DNA from: an uncultured virus (IMG/VR IMGVR_UViG_3300050334_000070)
Lineage: Duplodnaviria > Heunggongvirae > Uroviricota > Caudoviricetes
DNA: 20,000 bases
IMG/VR virus record: IMGVR_UViG_3300050334_000070
Strand: one strand, 5' to 3'
Below are positions 6,241 to 15,224 of the stretch, piece by piece; positions within the stretch are counted from its first letter, which is position 1, and every line of letters starts with the position of its first letter. Below the pieces are notes generated by a model. The model was not told where the DNA came from. It did not search any database and saw nothing but the letters and a program-made list of their open reading frames with translations. A program made the position numbers and the translations under genes.

Positions 6241-8739
6241 CTACTCCCGCAGCCGCAAGCCGCGCCACGTTCGCCGCTTGCCCAGCTTGTCTACCGCTCT
6301 GCAGACCTGTTCTCCGTACGATTCCACATCCTTGTTGAAATTGGCCTGGGACATTGGCTTGAAGCCGTTTTTCAAGCAATAGTCCCTGTATGCCTGGAAC
6401 AGCTCCTCCCGGACGCATTCCGCATCGTCTTCCAGCACGCAGCATTCCTCCACAAACGACAGGGTGCTGTTGCTCTCCACCTTGTATCTCTGCAGCTCCG
6501 CTTTCGTGCTTTCGGTTTCCGTAAACGCATAGCTGTTCGCAATCAGACGTTTGAGCCCTTCAAGCGCCCACATAAAGATGCCGTCACGTTCCGCCGCGAG
6601 CTTCTCTATCAGGTTCGGATCACGCTTTTCCGGCGGCACCGGGTTTTCGAAGCGGATGATAATGAGTCTGCGGTAAAACCCCTCGCTTCGGTCTCCGTAG
6701 TTACGGGGGATCTCGTTGCAGGAAAACAAAAGCCGGGCGTAAGGCTTGAAGCTGAACGGATTCTTGTTCTTGCGTTCGGCAGTGATGTAGTCCTCTCCCG
6801 TCAATGCCTTGAAAATGCCGTTGTCGTCCACGCTTTTTGAAGGCAGGTCGGCAAAGATGTTTGCAAGTTTCCCGAACAATTCTGCTGTCTTGAACCGGTC
6901 GGAAAGCGACTGCCACGGGATGTTGCTGACGTTTTCGCCCCCGAGCAGGATTTCCTGCGCCACTGAAAGAAGCGTCGATTTGCCCGCGTTGGGCGCGCCC
7001 ACCAGAACAAAGCTTTTCTGCGCCTTGTTGACCGGGATGAGCAGGTATCCAAAGATCTCCTGCATCAGATAGATTTCCGCGTCTCCCAGAATGCTCTCAA
7101 GGAAGGCCATGAATTTCGGACACTTTGCGCTTTCATTGTACGAGGCTTTAAGCTGCACCGTAGAATAGTACTCCGGCGTGTGCGCCTTGAAGCTCCCGTC
7201 CAGCACGTTATACAGCCCGTTTTTAAGGTTGATGATAAACGGGTTGCAGTTGATTTCCCGGATGGGCTTGTAGATGAGCATGCGCCACTGGCCTTCGGCG
7301 TCGTTGATCGCCGACATGGTTGCGTACCGCTCGATAAGATGCCCGCGCACTTTAGCCGCCGCCTGCAGATCGGATGCAGCCTTGTATACGCCGTTTTCGT
7401 AGATGTAATAGCTTTCTGCACCGTAAAAGGCGCTGACGTTTTTGGACATATGGCTTGCCAGCAGGCCCGGGATAAAGCGCAGCCCGCCACGCTCGGAGGG
7501 TTCGTACCAGTCCGGTAGCTCTGCGCCCATGGTTTCACGTTTTGTTTCCTTGCTTTCGCGGTATTCCTTGTATAAATCCTTCTGCAATGCGGAAAGGGAT
7601 TTTACCGCTCCGGCTTTCAGTCCAAAATGCTCCTTCATTTCGTATTCAATGAACGTGCTTGCTACGACCGGATCCGCATTGTATAAAAAATCCCTTATGA
7701 ATTCCTGCGCTTTCTGCACGTTGTCCACAGCCGACTTTGCAACCGGCTGCCCGGACAGAAATTCGCGCAGTTCCTCCACAGCCAGCGGCTTGTAGCAGAG
7801 GGCGGCAGGCGCCTTGCATCCGCAGGAGCTGTCCTCAAACTTGGGGCACTTGAAGCCTTTTCCCGTGATCGTTCTGCAGGTGATGGGTTTCGTGCCGCTC
7901 TCCAGAAAATGATTAATTTTGTCCTGCGTTTCTTTATGGCTGTACTTAGGGTATGGCTTTGACAAGGCGTGGATCAGCCGCTCGCCGCCCTCAAAAACCG
8001 CAAGGTTTGAAATCATCGCATACCAGTCATGCTCAGAGAGCGTTTCTGCATTGTCCCTGCATTGCTGTATAAACAGGCAGCGCCTGCCGACCAATTCAAG
8101 TCCTTTTCTCGTTCCTTTCGGAGCGGGCGTTCCGGGTTTCGGTTCTTCCCGGATATCCGGCAGCGCCGCTTCAAGCTCCTCCTGCGTGTAGCGCAGCTCG
8201 GGGCTGAATTTGATGCATTCCACCATGACAGGCTCTTCCTTGCAGTGGTAAAAGCCTGGCAGGCGGAGCACCCGGCTTTCGTTGACGCAGGCCGGATCAC
8301 CGTTGAATTTGGCAATCAGGCGTTTTTGCACCCTGCGGAAATCCTCAACTTTTGCATCCTTCATCAGCCAGTATGTGTGCAGCGATTTTTTCGTCCTGAC
8401 AATCAGCGACGGCTCGACTGGAAACGCTTCAATTGCGGCAAGCTGCTCCTCGAAGCTCAGGCTGTCGCACTCCACAAACTGCGCGTTGATGCGGGTAATG
8501 TCCGCGTCCTCATGGCCACCGCAGTTGACGACAAAGAAAATGCCCCGGTTCTTTGCGTTATGTTTTTTTAAAGTTTCCATCATGCTGCCGATCCTGCCCG
8601 CCGGGCATTCCAGCTTAGCGCCCTTGAAGGCCGGATCTTTCCGGTCGCTGAATATCCGCAGGCAGACCGTTTCGCCCGCGTCGAAAAACGGGCGCAAAAA
8701 CTCCTCGATGGGAATATTGAGCGCTTTAACCCCTTGCAT
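6241..8739 (-). CDS. Primase-helicase: RepB-type AEP primase, Cys-rich domain, D5_N and SF3 (P4/D5) helicase
   Basis: FVECD, SLHTYW, RVLRLPGF.H primase motifs; Walker A GAPNAGKS; FKALTGED; FSCNEIP; FYRRLIII.F. Confidence 0.92.
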   Translation of the reverse strand: MQGVKALNIPIEEFLRPFFDAGETVCLRIFSDRKDPAFKGAKLECPAGRIGSMMETLKKHNAKNRGIFFVVNCGGHEDADITRINAQFVECDSLSFEEQLAAIEAFPVEPSLIVRTKKSLHTYWLMKDAKVEDFRRVQKRLIAKFNGDPACVNESRVLRLPGFYHCKEEPVMVECIKFSPELRYTQEELEAALPDIREEPKPGTPAPKGTRKGLELVGRRCLFIQQCRDNAETLSEHDWYAMISNLAVFEGGERLIHALSKPYPKYSHKETQDKINHFLESGTKPITCRTITGKGFKCPKFEDSSCGCKAPAALCYKPLAVEELREFLSGQPVAKSAVDNVQKAQEFIRDFLYNADPVVASTFIEYEMKEHFGLKAGAVKSLSALQKDLYKEYRESKETKRETMGAELPDWYEPSERGGLRFIPGLLASHMSKNVSAFYGAESYYIYENGVYKAASDLQAAAKVRGHLIERYATMSAINDAEGQWRMLIYKPIREINCNPFIINLKNGLYNVLDGSFKAHTPEYYSTVQLKASYNESAKCPKFMAFLESILGDAEIYLMQEIFGYLLIPVNKAQKSFVLVGAPNAGKSTLLSVAQEILLGGENVSNIPWQSLSDRFKTAELFGKLANIFADLPSKSVDDNGIFKALTGEDYITAERKNKNPFSFKPYARLLFSCNEIPRNYGDRSEGFYRRLIIIRFENPVPPEKRDPNLIEKLAAERDGIFMWALEGLKRLIANSYAFTETESTKAELQRYKVESNSTLSFVEECCVLEDDAECVREELFQAYRDYCLKNGFKPMSQANFNKDVESYGEQVCRAVDKLGKRRTWRGLRLRE

Positions 8740-9160
8740 GTTCCTTCACCTCCGCGCATTGCCCGGTGAAATGCCGGACGGGGATGCTGAGCCGTTTCGC
8801 CTTTTCCAGTTCTATCGCCATGCCGGGGGATATTTTATTACCGAAACACCACAGTTCATGGCATTTTGAGAGCAGAACCAATCCCATAAAGATGGCAAGG
8901 TTCCTTTCGGCTTTGTCGCTATCATCCATAAACTGCGGAAACAGCAGATGGGGGGCCAGCGGTATTACGCCTTTCATTACGGCAAACCGGCAGTAACACC
9001 TTGCCCGCTCCAAATTATGCTCAACATCTCCTGCCAGCGGCGAGCAGATGAACACCAGCGGACGGAATGCCGCTTTTTTTGCTTCCCGCTCAATGGCAAG
9101 CAGCGCTTCATAAGCCGTCAGATCAAGGTATCCTTCGGCGTTGTATTTGCTTATGCTCAT
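8726..9160 (-). CDS. DUF4406-like protein (nucleoside deoxyribosyltransferase-like fold)
   Basis: VFICSPLAGD...N...A..YCRFA...G.IPLAPHLLFPQFMDD...C.ELW.FG..IS.GM..E. Confidence 0.75.
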   Translation of the reverse strand: MSISKYNAEGYLDLTAYEALLAIEREAKKAAFRPLVFICSPLAGDVEHNLERARCYCRFAVMKGVIPLAPHLLFPQFMDDSDKAERNLAIFMGLVLLSKCHELWCFGNKISPGMAIELEKAKRLSIPVRHFTGQCAEVKEHARG

Positions 9161-11094
9161 GTATTAACCCCCTCGATTATTTCCTTTAATTCTCCAAACC
9201 TCACTCCGAATGCCGCTTCTGCAACAATCGGCACGTCAAACTCCTCAAAAGGCCGCTCTTCCATGCAGGCTTTAATAAATGCCCCCGCCTCGCGCACCTT
9301 GTCCTCCGGAAGCTCAAACACCAGCTCGTCATGTATCTGCAAAACCGGTCGCAGCCACATCCTCCAGGGCAGTCCCTCAATGATGCGGCCTAGCGCCAGC
9401 TTCAAAATATCCGCCGCCGTTCCCTGTATCGGAGTGTTCAGCGCGCACCGCTCGGCGAAGCTCTTTTTGCCCCAGTCGGCGGAAGCAATATCCGGCAGAT
9501 AGCGCCGCCTGCCCAGCCAGGTTTCCGTATAGCGCCTTGATGCCGCGCGCTTTTTTGTTTCCTCCTGCCACTGGGCGAGCTTTGGATAACCTGCTTTAAG
9601 ATTTGCTATAATCCGCTCGCATTCCGGAAGCGGAGTGTCCAGTCCCGCCTTGAATTTCAGGTTCCGCTGAAGCCCTTTTGGGAACAGGCCGTAGAACACC
9701 CCGAAGTTGCAGTTTTTGGCGGTAGCCCGGCGTTCCTTGTAATGTTCGGCGTTTTTGTCCGCCGCCTGCTCGAAAGGAATGCGGTAGATAACGGATGTAG
9801 TTTGGGCATGGATATCTCCATTGTTCCGGTAGGTTTCCAGCATCCTCTCGTCCCGGCAATAGAACGCTCCGACACGAAGCTCGATCTGGGAAAAGTCCAG
9901 TGAAAGCAGTGCTTTACCTGTTGGAGCAATAAAGAAATTGCGCACGCCAACAGGGTCGTTGTCTTTGCGGGGACAGTTTTGCAAATTTGGATTTCTTGCC
10001 GCAAAGCGTCCCGTTTCAGTGCCCAGCGGAAACAGGTCAGGATGAATCCTGCCGGTGACGCTGTCGATATGCTCCAGATACCCGTCTATGTAGGTGGACT
10101 TGATCTTGCCCCATTTGCGGTACTCCTGCACCAGTTCAAACAGCGCTGCAAGCTCCGGTCGGTTTTCGCGGCACCATTCCGCAAGCAGGATCATGGCCTC
10201 GTCGTCCATAGCCTCCTGGTATTTGGCCGTTGTTTTAAATACCGGCAACTTCAGGTCGTCATAAAGATATTTCTTAAAAGCCGAGGTTGAAGCGTTCGCC
10301 CCAATATTCACGTCGCCGATCATAAAAGCGATCTCTTCTTTTAATTGCTTAATTCTTTCCTCGGCCTCCGCTTGTTTTTTAAGCATCAGTTCTTCATCCA
10401 CCAGCAATCCATTGTACTTCATCAAACCGACATAAACGGAGGCGGGCGATTCGAGCTTTTCCACGATAAAGCGGTGCTTGGGCAGATACCGGTCAAACCA
10501 GTTATTGAAAAGATAATACAGCCGCAGTGTATAATCGCTGTCGGCGCAGGCATAGCGGATGGTTTCTTCGTCCTGCGGATCCAATTCATCGAAATACCTG
10601 CCTGCCGTCACCGTTTCAAAGCCTGGCAGTTTTTCGCCGAACAGCTCCGGCACCAGCGTTTTCAGCCCGCTGTCTGCAAGTGTCCTAAAAGTTGTATTGC
10701 TTTTCAGCGTCATCTGCGCCGCCGCGATGGTGTCGTAGCAGGGTGGCTGCTGTACGATGCCGAGGGCATATAAAAACATCGCCTCGAAGCTCAGATTATG
10801 CGCTATTTTCACAATCTCTCTATTTGCAAATACTCTCTCCGCCAGCCATCGCATGACCTTTTCAGGCGAACCGGCATTCTTGCCGGTTTTATGCCTTAAC
10901 GGAACATAAACCGCCGTTCCTTCGGAAACGGAGAAACTCACGCCGACAATGTCAGCTTTGTGCGCGTCCAGCGCTGACTTTACATCACTGCGGTATCCCT
11001 CCCGAGGCGCGGTTTCAAAGTCGAAGGCAACCAGCCGCGCTCCGCCAAGATAGTCCTGCAATTTAGCTAAATCTGTCACGCATCTGTATTCCAT
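9157..11094 (-). CDS. Phage family A DNA polymerase with 3'-5' exonuclease
   Basis: ATG 11094 after GGAGGAG; Exo motifs DFET, HNLSFE, YACAD; TGRFA..PNLQN; motif A DFSQIELR; motif B R..AK..NFG..YG; motif C QIHDELVFE. Confidence 0.95.
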   Translation of the reverse strand: MEYRCVTDLAKLQDYLGGARLVAFDFETAPREGYRSDVKSALDAHKADIVGVSFSVSEGTAVYVPLRHKTGKNAGSPEKVMRWLAERVFANREIVKIAHNLSFEAMFLYALGIVQQPPCYDTIAAAQMTLKSNTTFRTLADSGLKTLVPELFGEKLPGFETVTAGRYFDELDPQDEETIRYACADSDYTLRLYYLFNNWFDRYLPKHRFIVEKLESPASVYVGLMKYNGLLVDEELMLKKQAEAEERIKQLKEEIAFMIGDVNIGANASTSAFKKYLYDDLKLPVFKTTAKYQEAMDDEAMILLAEWCRENRPELAALFELVQEYRKWGKIKSTYIDGYLEHIDSVTGRIHPDLFPLGTETGRFAARNPNLQNCPRKDNDPVGVRNFFIAPTGKALLSLDFSQIELRVGAFYCRDERMLETYRNNGDIHAQTTSVIYRIPFEQAADKNAEHYKERRATAKNCNFGVFYGLFPKGLQRNLKFKAGLDTPLPECERIIANLKAGYPKLAQWQEETKKRAASRRYTETWLGRRRYLPDIASADWGKKSFAERCALNTPIQGTAADILKLALGRIIEGLPWRMWLRPVLQIHDELVFELPEDKVREAGAFIKACMEERPFEEFDVPIVAEAAFGVRFGELKEIIEGVNT

Positions 11095-11159
11095 AGCTCC
11101 TCCTTGCCGCCTGAAGCTGAGAGGCGGCATGCGCCGCGCTCCCCGCCACAGGCTGTATT

Positions 11160-11963
11160 TCATTTCAAAGGTTCAACCGGGGCCCCCGCGAAGCCTGCTT
11201 CGTGGGGTGGGGTAACCCCTCCGGTTTCGGGATCCGCAAACGGCGCTTCATCACTGTCAATTTCAGCCGCATTATCCACCTCAAAGCCGACGTGTTTGCT
11301 GTATGCCCTGACCTGCTCGGACAACCTGCCAATGAGCGCATATTCCTCGGAAGTGAGCGGCCTGTCGACGGCGAACTGCGCCTGCGAATAGGCGATGCCG
11401 CCGCTGTTTGTCGCTTTCTTTAAAGAAAAGCGGGTTACCACACTGTTGGATTTCCTGCCCTTGGACAGCAGCCTCTTGATGTATTTGGTAAATTCCTTAA
11501 GGGAGCCGGTGGGGAGTGACAAGAGCAGCGGGAAAATCTCCCCCTCGCGCAGCACATAGATCCTGCGGCGGTTCTTGCATGCCTTGCTGCCGTTTTCGCC
11601 AGTGCCGAACAGGTTCAGCGGGCAGGCGGCGCAATTTCCGCCCGGGTCGCCCTCGCCGGTTATGCCGTCGAAGCTTCCACAGTCGGGCGGCTGGTTTCCT
11701 CCGGTATACTTGGTCTTATAGTAGGCATGAAGCGGATGATGGTATAAAATCACTGCTGAAAATTCCTTGACCGCATCCGGTTCGCCCGGGTTTTCTCCGG
11801 GCACTTCAAAAACGGTGCTGCCCGCCGACGGGATTTTAATCCTCTCAAAGCTCATATCCAGGCCGTCCAGCTCTTCTGCCATCATTCCTGCCATGTTGAA
11901 ATTGGCAAGCCTCAGAAAACCGTTGTCCTGCTTGGTTAATGACGTTTCTTTTTTAGCTGACAT
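11160..11963 (-). CDS. Phage protein, probable ssDNA-binding/annealing protein with four Cys
   Basis: PDC.S.DG...C..CP.N.FG...KACKN motif; acidic C-terminal tail; lies directly before PolA. Confidence 0.55.
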   Translation of the reverse strand: MSAKKETSLTKQDNGFLRLANFNMAGMMAEELDGLDMSFERIKIPSAGSTVFEVPGENPGEPDAVKEFSAVILYHHPLHAYYKTKYTGGNQPPDCGSFDGITGEGDPGGNCAACPLNLFGTGENGSKACKNRRRIYVLREGEIFPLLLSLPTGSLKEFTKYIKRLLSKGRKSNSVVTRFSLKKATNSGGIAYSQAQFAVDRPLTSEEYALIGRLSEQVRAYSKHVGFEVDNAAEIDSDEAPFADPETGGVTPPHEAGFAGAPVEPLK

Positions 11964-12009
11964 AATTCCATACCTCCATTTTTCAATGTGTTTTCTACTT
12001 TTCGCATAA

Positions 12010-12426
12010 TTACTTTGCCGCTTTTCTCATCCCGACCGAGGTTTTTTCAAAGACGTTCACAAGTCCTGAAAGCCAGCCGGGAAGCTCATCGTTGTTTTCT
12101 TCCATCTGCTCCTTGACAAATGCCGACAGGGAGTTGGCGTTGACCGTTTCATAGACCAGGTCGCCGAACCCGGCTTTTTTGAGCGCGGAATACAGTTCCT
12201 CTTTCCGGCCTGCCACAGCAGAAGCCCTCGTCGTGCCGGTCAGATAGAACATCACGCCGCCCCGGGTAAAGTTCTGCGTTTCGGTTTCCGCCATCAGCTC
12301 CGACAGGCGGTATTCTGTCTCGTCGATCCTGTCGTTTATTTCCTTGAGTTCCTGCTCTGTTGATTTCTTCAAGTCCTTAAGTTCTTTAAGCTGCTCGGCC
12401 AGTTCAAACATCTTTTCGCTTTCCAA
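12010..12426 (-). CDS. Hypothetical coiled-coil phage protein
   Basis: Helical N-terminus; VYETVNANSLSAFVKE motif; tightly packed in the operon. Confidence 0.7.
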   Translation of the reverse strand: MESEKMFELAEQLKELKDLKKSTEQELKEINDRIDETEYRLSELMAETETQNFTRGGVMFYLTGTTRASAVAGRKEELYSALKKAGFGDLVYETVNANSLSAFVKEQMEENNDELPGWLSGLVNVFEKTSVGMRKAAK

Positions 12427-12432
12427 TGTACT

Positions 12433-13887
12433 TCACCCCCTTGCCGCAAAAGGATTGAGCCCGCTCTGGTAATCGTCCACCAGCATCCTCGCCAGATCCG
12501 CTTTGTTTCTCAGCGCCTTCAGAACTTTTTCATCGACCGTGCCTTTTGCCGTCAGATAAAGATAGGTGCAGTTTTCCTTTTGCCCGACGCGGTGAATGCG
12601 CGCCTTCGCCTGCTCGAAATTGCTCATGCTGTAGTCAAGGGAATAAAACACCATGGTGCTGGCGGCTGTCAGTGTCACGCCAAGCCCCGCCGTTGCAATC
12701 TGTCCGACAAACACCTGCACCTCCGGGTCGTTCTGAAACGCCGCCACCTGCTCCTCGCGGTCTTTTACGCCGCCCATGATAAGGGAAAACCCGATCTCTT
12801 TCTTTTCGAGCATCCGGCAGATGGCGTTGATTTCCGGAATGAACCGCGCCATAATCACCAGCTTTTTGCCTTCCTGAAGAACATCCTCGACGATATCCTC
12901 CAGCGCCTCCTGCTTGGCCGTGCTGACCCGCTGGGGCGCGTTGCCCTCGTCGTCCCCGAGAAAACCGCCCGTAAGCTGCGACAAACGGAGAAGCCGGGTG
13001 AGTATGTTCGTGACGGTGACTTCGCTCTGCCCAAGCTCTGTGTAACTATCCTTGACCAGATCCCTGTAAATCTTCATGGCGGCAGGTTCCAACTCCACAT
13101 ACCGCACAATGTCGGTGGTCTCCGGCAAATCAAGGCACTCGGCCTTGGTTGCCCGGAAAGCGATGCTGTGGAGCCTTTTCATCAAATCCTGTTCCATTGA
13201 TTTTTTCAGCACCGGTGTGTGCTGACCGTATCCGACCATATCGAAGTAGCGGTTTCGGAATACATAGAAGCTCTGGCCAAAGATAGTGGAATTGAGGAAT
13301 TTGTACTGGCTGAACACGTCGATGGCCTTATTGGTAATAACTGTTCCTGTAAGCAGCAGCCTGTACCGCGCCCTTGCGCCCAGCCGGTGCATGGCTTTGG
13401 ATACCGCAATGTTGTGGGTCTTTATCTTATGTCCCTCGTCCGCAATGATGAGGTCAGGGTTCCATGCGGTCAGTTCCTTTTCCAGACGCCATGCGCTCTC
13501 GTAGTTAATGACCGCCACCTGCAGGGGCGTGCCCCGCATATGCCGCAGTGTGTCGGTTTTCTTTGCGCCGCTGCCGGTGAGTACCACCAGCGTGTAATCG
13601 AAATCCGCGAATTTCTCGAACTCTTCCCGCCAGACGCCTAAGATGGAAAGAGGCGCCACCACCAGAACCCTGCGGATCCTGCCTTCCTTATACAAAGCGC
13701 CGGTGACTGCGATGCTGGCGATGGTCTTGCCGGTACCCATTTCCATGAGCAAGGCCGTGCCTGCAGACTGCATAGTCTGCGAAGGGATAAGCCCGAACTT
13801 TTCGCATACAAAGTTGAATGCCTTAATCTGATGCTTATACGGCACTGCTTTAATCGGCATGGGCAGCAGCGGTTTCGGCTGTTCCAT
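12433..13887 (-). CDS. SNF2-family helicase
   Basis: ATG 13887 after GGAGGG; MEMGTGKT, DEGH, LTGT, GLGVTLT, QAKARIHRVGQ. Confidence 0.93.
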   Translation of the reverse strand: MEQPKPLLPMPIKAVPYKHQIKAFNFVCEKFGLIPSQTMQSAGTALLMEMGTGKTIASIAVTGALYKEGRIRRVLVVAPLSILGVWREEFEKFADFDYTLVVLTGSGAKKTDTLRHMRGTPLQVAVINYESAWRLEKELTAWNPDLIIADEGHKIKTHNIAVSKAMHRLGARARYRLLLTGTVITNKAIDVFSQYKFLNSTIFGQSFYVFRNRYFDMVGYGQHTPVLKKSMEQDLMKRLHSIAFRATKAECLDLPETTDIVRYVELEPAAMKIYRDLVKDSYTELGQSEVTVTNILTRLLRLSQLTGGFLGDDEGNAPQRVSTAKQEALEDIVEDVLQEGKKLVIMARFIPEINAICRMLEKKEIGFSLIMGGVKDREEQVAAFQNDPEVQVFVGQIATAGLGVTLTAASTMVFYSLDYSMSNFEQAKARIHRVGQKENCTYLYLTAKGTVDEKVLKALRNKADLARMLVDDYQSGLNPFAARG

Positions 13888-14041
13888 CAGTCTTGTCCCT
13901 CCCTTCATCATGCGGCTTTTCGAGCGCCGCCAGTTTTTTTGCCAGCCGCTTTGACACAACGCTGATGGCGGTCAGGATGCCGACCAGTTCTTCCGTCGTT
14001 TCCTCGCTTTGTATCAAAGCGGCATTCACACTTTTTCTCAT
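13850..14041 (-). CDS. Small hypothetical protein (63 aa)
   Basis: ATG 14041 with strong GGAGGTG RBS; EELVGILTAISVVSKRLAKKL amphipathic helix. Confidence 0.6.
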   Translation of the reverse strand: MRKSVNAALIQSEETTEELVGILTAISVVSKRLAKKLAALEKPHDEGRDKTDGTAETAAAHAD

Positions 14042-14067
14042 GTCCTTCACCTCCGTTTCGAGGAAAA

Positions 14068-14105
14068 GAAAAACCCCCTCACAATCCAAAGGAAAGTGAA
14101 GGGGC
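14068..14105 (-). terminator. Hairpin with U-tract after the sigma-like gene (terminator or regulatory site)
   Basis: CCCCUUCAC...GUGAGGGGG followed by UUUUUU on the minus strand. Confidence 0.4.
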
Positions 14106-14122
14106 GGGTGATAGAGAAAAAG

Positions 14123-14524
14123 CTAAAATTTTTTCTCCAAAAGCCTTCTGAGTTTTTCCAATATCCTATTTTTATGGTAATTTACTGTGTTTTGCGAAAC
14201 CCCTGTTTCTTTGGCAACCATGCGTTCCGACTTCTCCTGATAAAATAATTCATCAATCAGGAACCTTTCATCGTTGGTCAGTTCCGAAAGCGCCCTGAAC
14301 AGCATGTCCAATAACAGCTTGTCCTCGACAATCTCGTCAACAAGCGCCTGACCGGAAGGAATCTCAAACCCGGCGTCCGCAAACGCTTCAAGCGAAAGCT
14401 CCTTTTCCGCGCGAACCTGTCTGCGTTTGCGCTCTTTCCAAGCAGGACGCTTGAAGGCATAGTATACTTCCTTGCTGACCGGAATTTGCCTGCCGTTTAG
14501 TTCAATGAAATACTCCTTGTCCAT
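14123..14524 (-). CDS. Sigma70 region-4 (ECF-like) HTH regulator of mobile elements
   Basis: IPVSKEVY; ALSELT.DER.LI.ELFY...SER.VAKETGVSQ.TV.YHK.RIL.KLR; AAAGGAGGTG RBS. Confidence 0.85.
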   Translation of the reverse strand: MDKEYFIELNGRQIPVSKEVYYAFKRPAWKERKRRQVRAEKELSLEAFADAGFEIPSGQALVDEIVEDKLLLDMLFRALSELTNDERFLIDELFYQEKSERMVAKETGVSQNTVNYHKNRILEKLRRLLEKKF

Positions 14525-14605
14525 CCGTTTTCACCTCCTTTCCCGAAAGCTCAGGGAAAAGGGGGCGGGGAGGACTGCGGCACCCAGTAAAAAAGGCGCA
14601 AAGAC

Positions 14606-14644
14606 AAAAACGGCCGAGTTTACTGAAATTCGTAAACTCGGCCG
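14606..14644 (-). terminator. Intrinsic terminator upstream of the sigma-like gene
   Basis: Perfect 13-bp stem CGGCCGAGTTTAC/GTAAACTCGGCCG at 14611-14644, 8-nt loop, then UUUUU on the minus strand. Confidence 0.8.
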
Positions 14645-14895
14645 CAAAAACTATTTTATCAAGCAGTGCCCTGCCAGTAGGGTCATCATCGCTTTTTGCA
14701 CTGTATTGTCTTTTTGTACGGGGATGGAATCGTATCCGGCGTATAGCTTTTGCCTTATGTATATTGGCAGAGAACCGCTTGATATTGCATGAAGTCCAGA
14801 CCATACAATATCAACCTCGTCAGCTCCAACCTACACGGCAGCACCCGCCATACGCTCAGCCTCAATTAAAGTCCGGCAGGTGTTGTCATGCCGAA
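14606..14895 (-). ncRNA. Candidate structured leader RNA / attenuator (family not recognised)
   Basis: 20-bp long-range stem 14765-14784/14657-14676, competing 13-bp hairpin 14802-14814/14779-14791, G-U pairs valid only on the minus strand, downstream terminator. Confidence 0.5.
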
Positions 14896-15096
14896 TTTTT
14901 CTTTTCGTTGTTCATAAAGAATGCTTCAATTTTTTCTCTTTGGGATATGCAGTGCAATGTTATTACCGCCCTTCTATTTGCCCGGTGATGTTGCATATTA
15001 TAGAACTATCTATTGGAGAAGCCTTGAACCGGCTTTTGTTGATCCAAGGCGATTTGAATAAAATTAAAATACTATTAACTGTACATTTTTCTCAAA

Positions 15097-15152
15097 ATAA
15101 AAACCTCCGCCTGTGTGTCTCTATCAATTAAGACAAAACAAGGGAGGTTTTT
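15097..15152. terminator. Probable terminator of the lipoprotein operon (possibly bidirectional)
   Basis: AAAAACCTCC 15099-15108 / GGAGGTTTTT 15143-15152 with inner TGTCT/AGACA pairing. Confidence 0.55.
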
Positions 15153-15224
15153 GTGACAATTATCATCACTTAATCGTTATGATGTAATTTATGGAACTCG
15201 AAGAAGCCATTCAATCTTTCAGAT

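Larger units (their letters stand above)
1..14900 (-). mobile_element. Prophage / phage-like integrative element: replication, late-regulation, packaging and DNA-modification modules (continues beyond position 1; right boundary approximate)
   Basis: Co-oriented SNF2, PolA, primase-D5 helicase, VRR-NUC, HNH, terminase small subunit and ParB-methylase genes; sequence becomes visibly AT-rich beyond about 14.9 kb. Confidence 0.9.

Noticed and set aside
381..14099. Numerous plus-strand ORFs up to 227 aa
   Set aside because: Antisense shadows of well-supported minus-strand genes with no motifs of their own
14650..14790. SAM-I or c-di-GMP-I riboswitch (UAUCAAG...GAUGACCC...GAUAA; GGCAAAAGCUA)
   Set aside because: Core consensus elements are missing (SAM-I GAGGGA, GCAACC; GEMM GGCAAAC..GAAA..GACGCAAAGC)
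14502..14804. 100-aa minus-strand ORF upstream of the sigma-like gene
   Set aside because: It runs through the terminator and RNA stems, has no recognisable domain, and overlaps the next gene; a leader peptide is not fully excluded
14770..14830. Hammerhead ribozyme: CUGACGAG (14823-14816) followed by a long stem
   Set aside because: The stem is followed by GCGGUU rather than the required GAAA, and no stem III or cleavage triplet is evident
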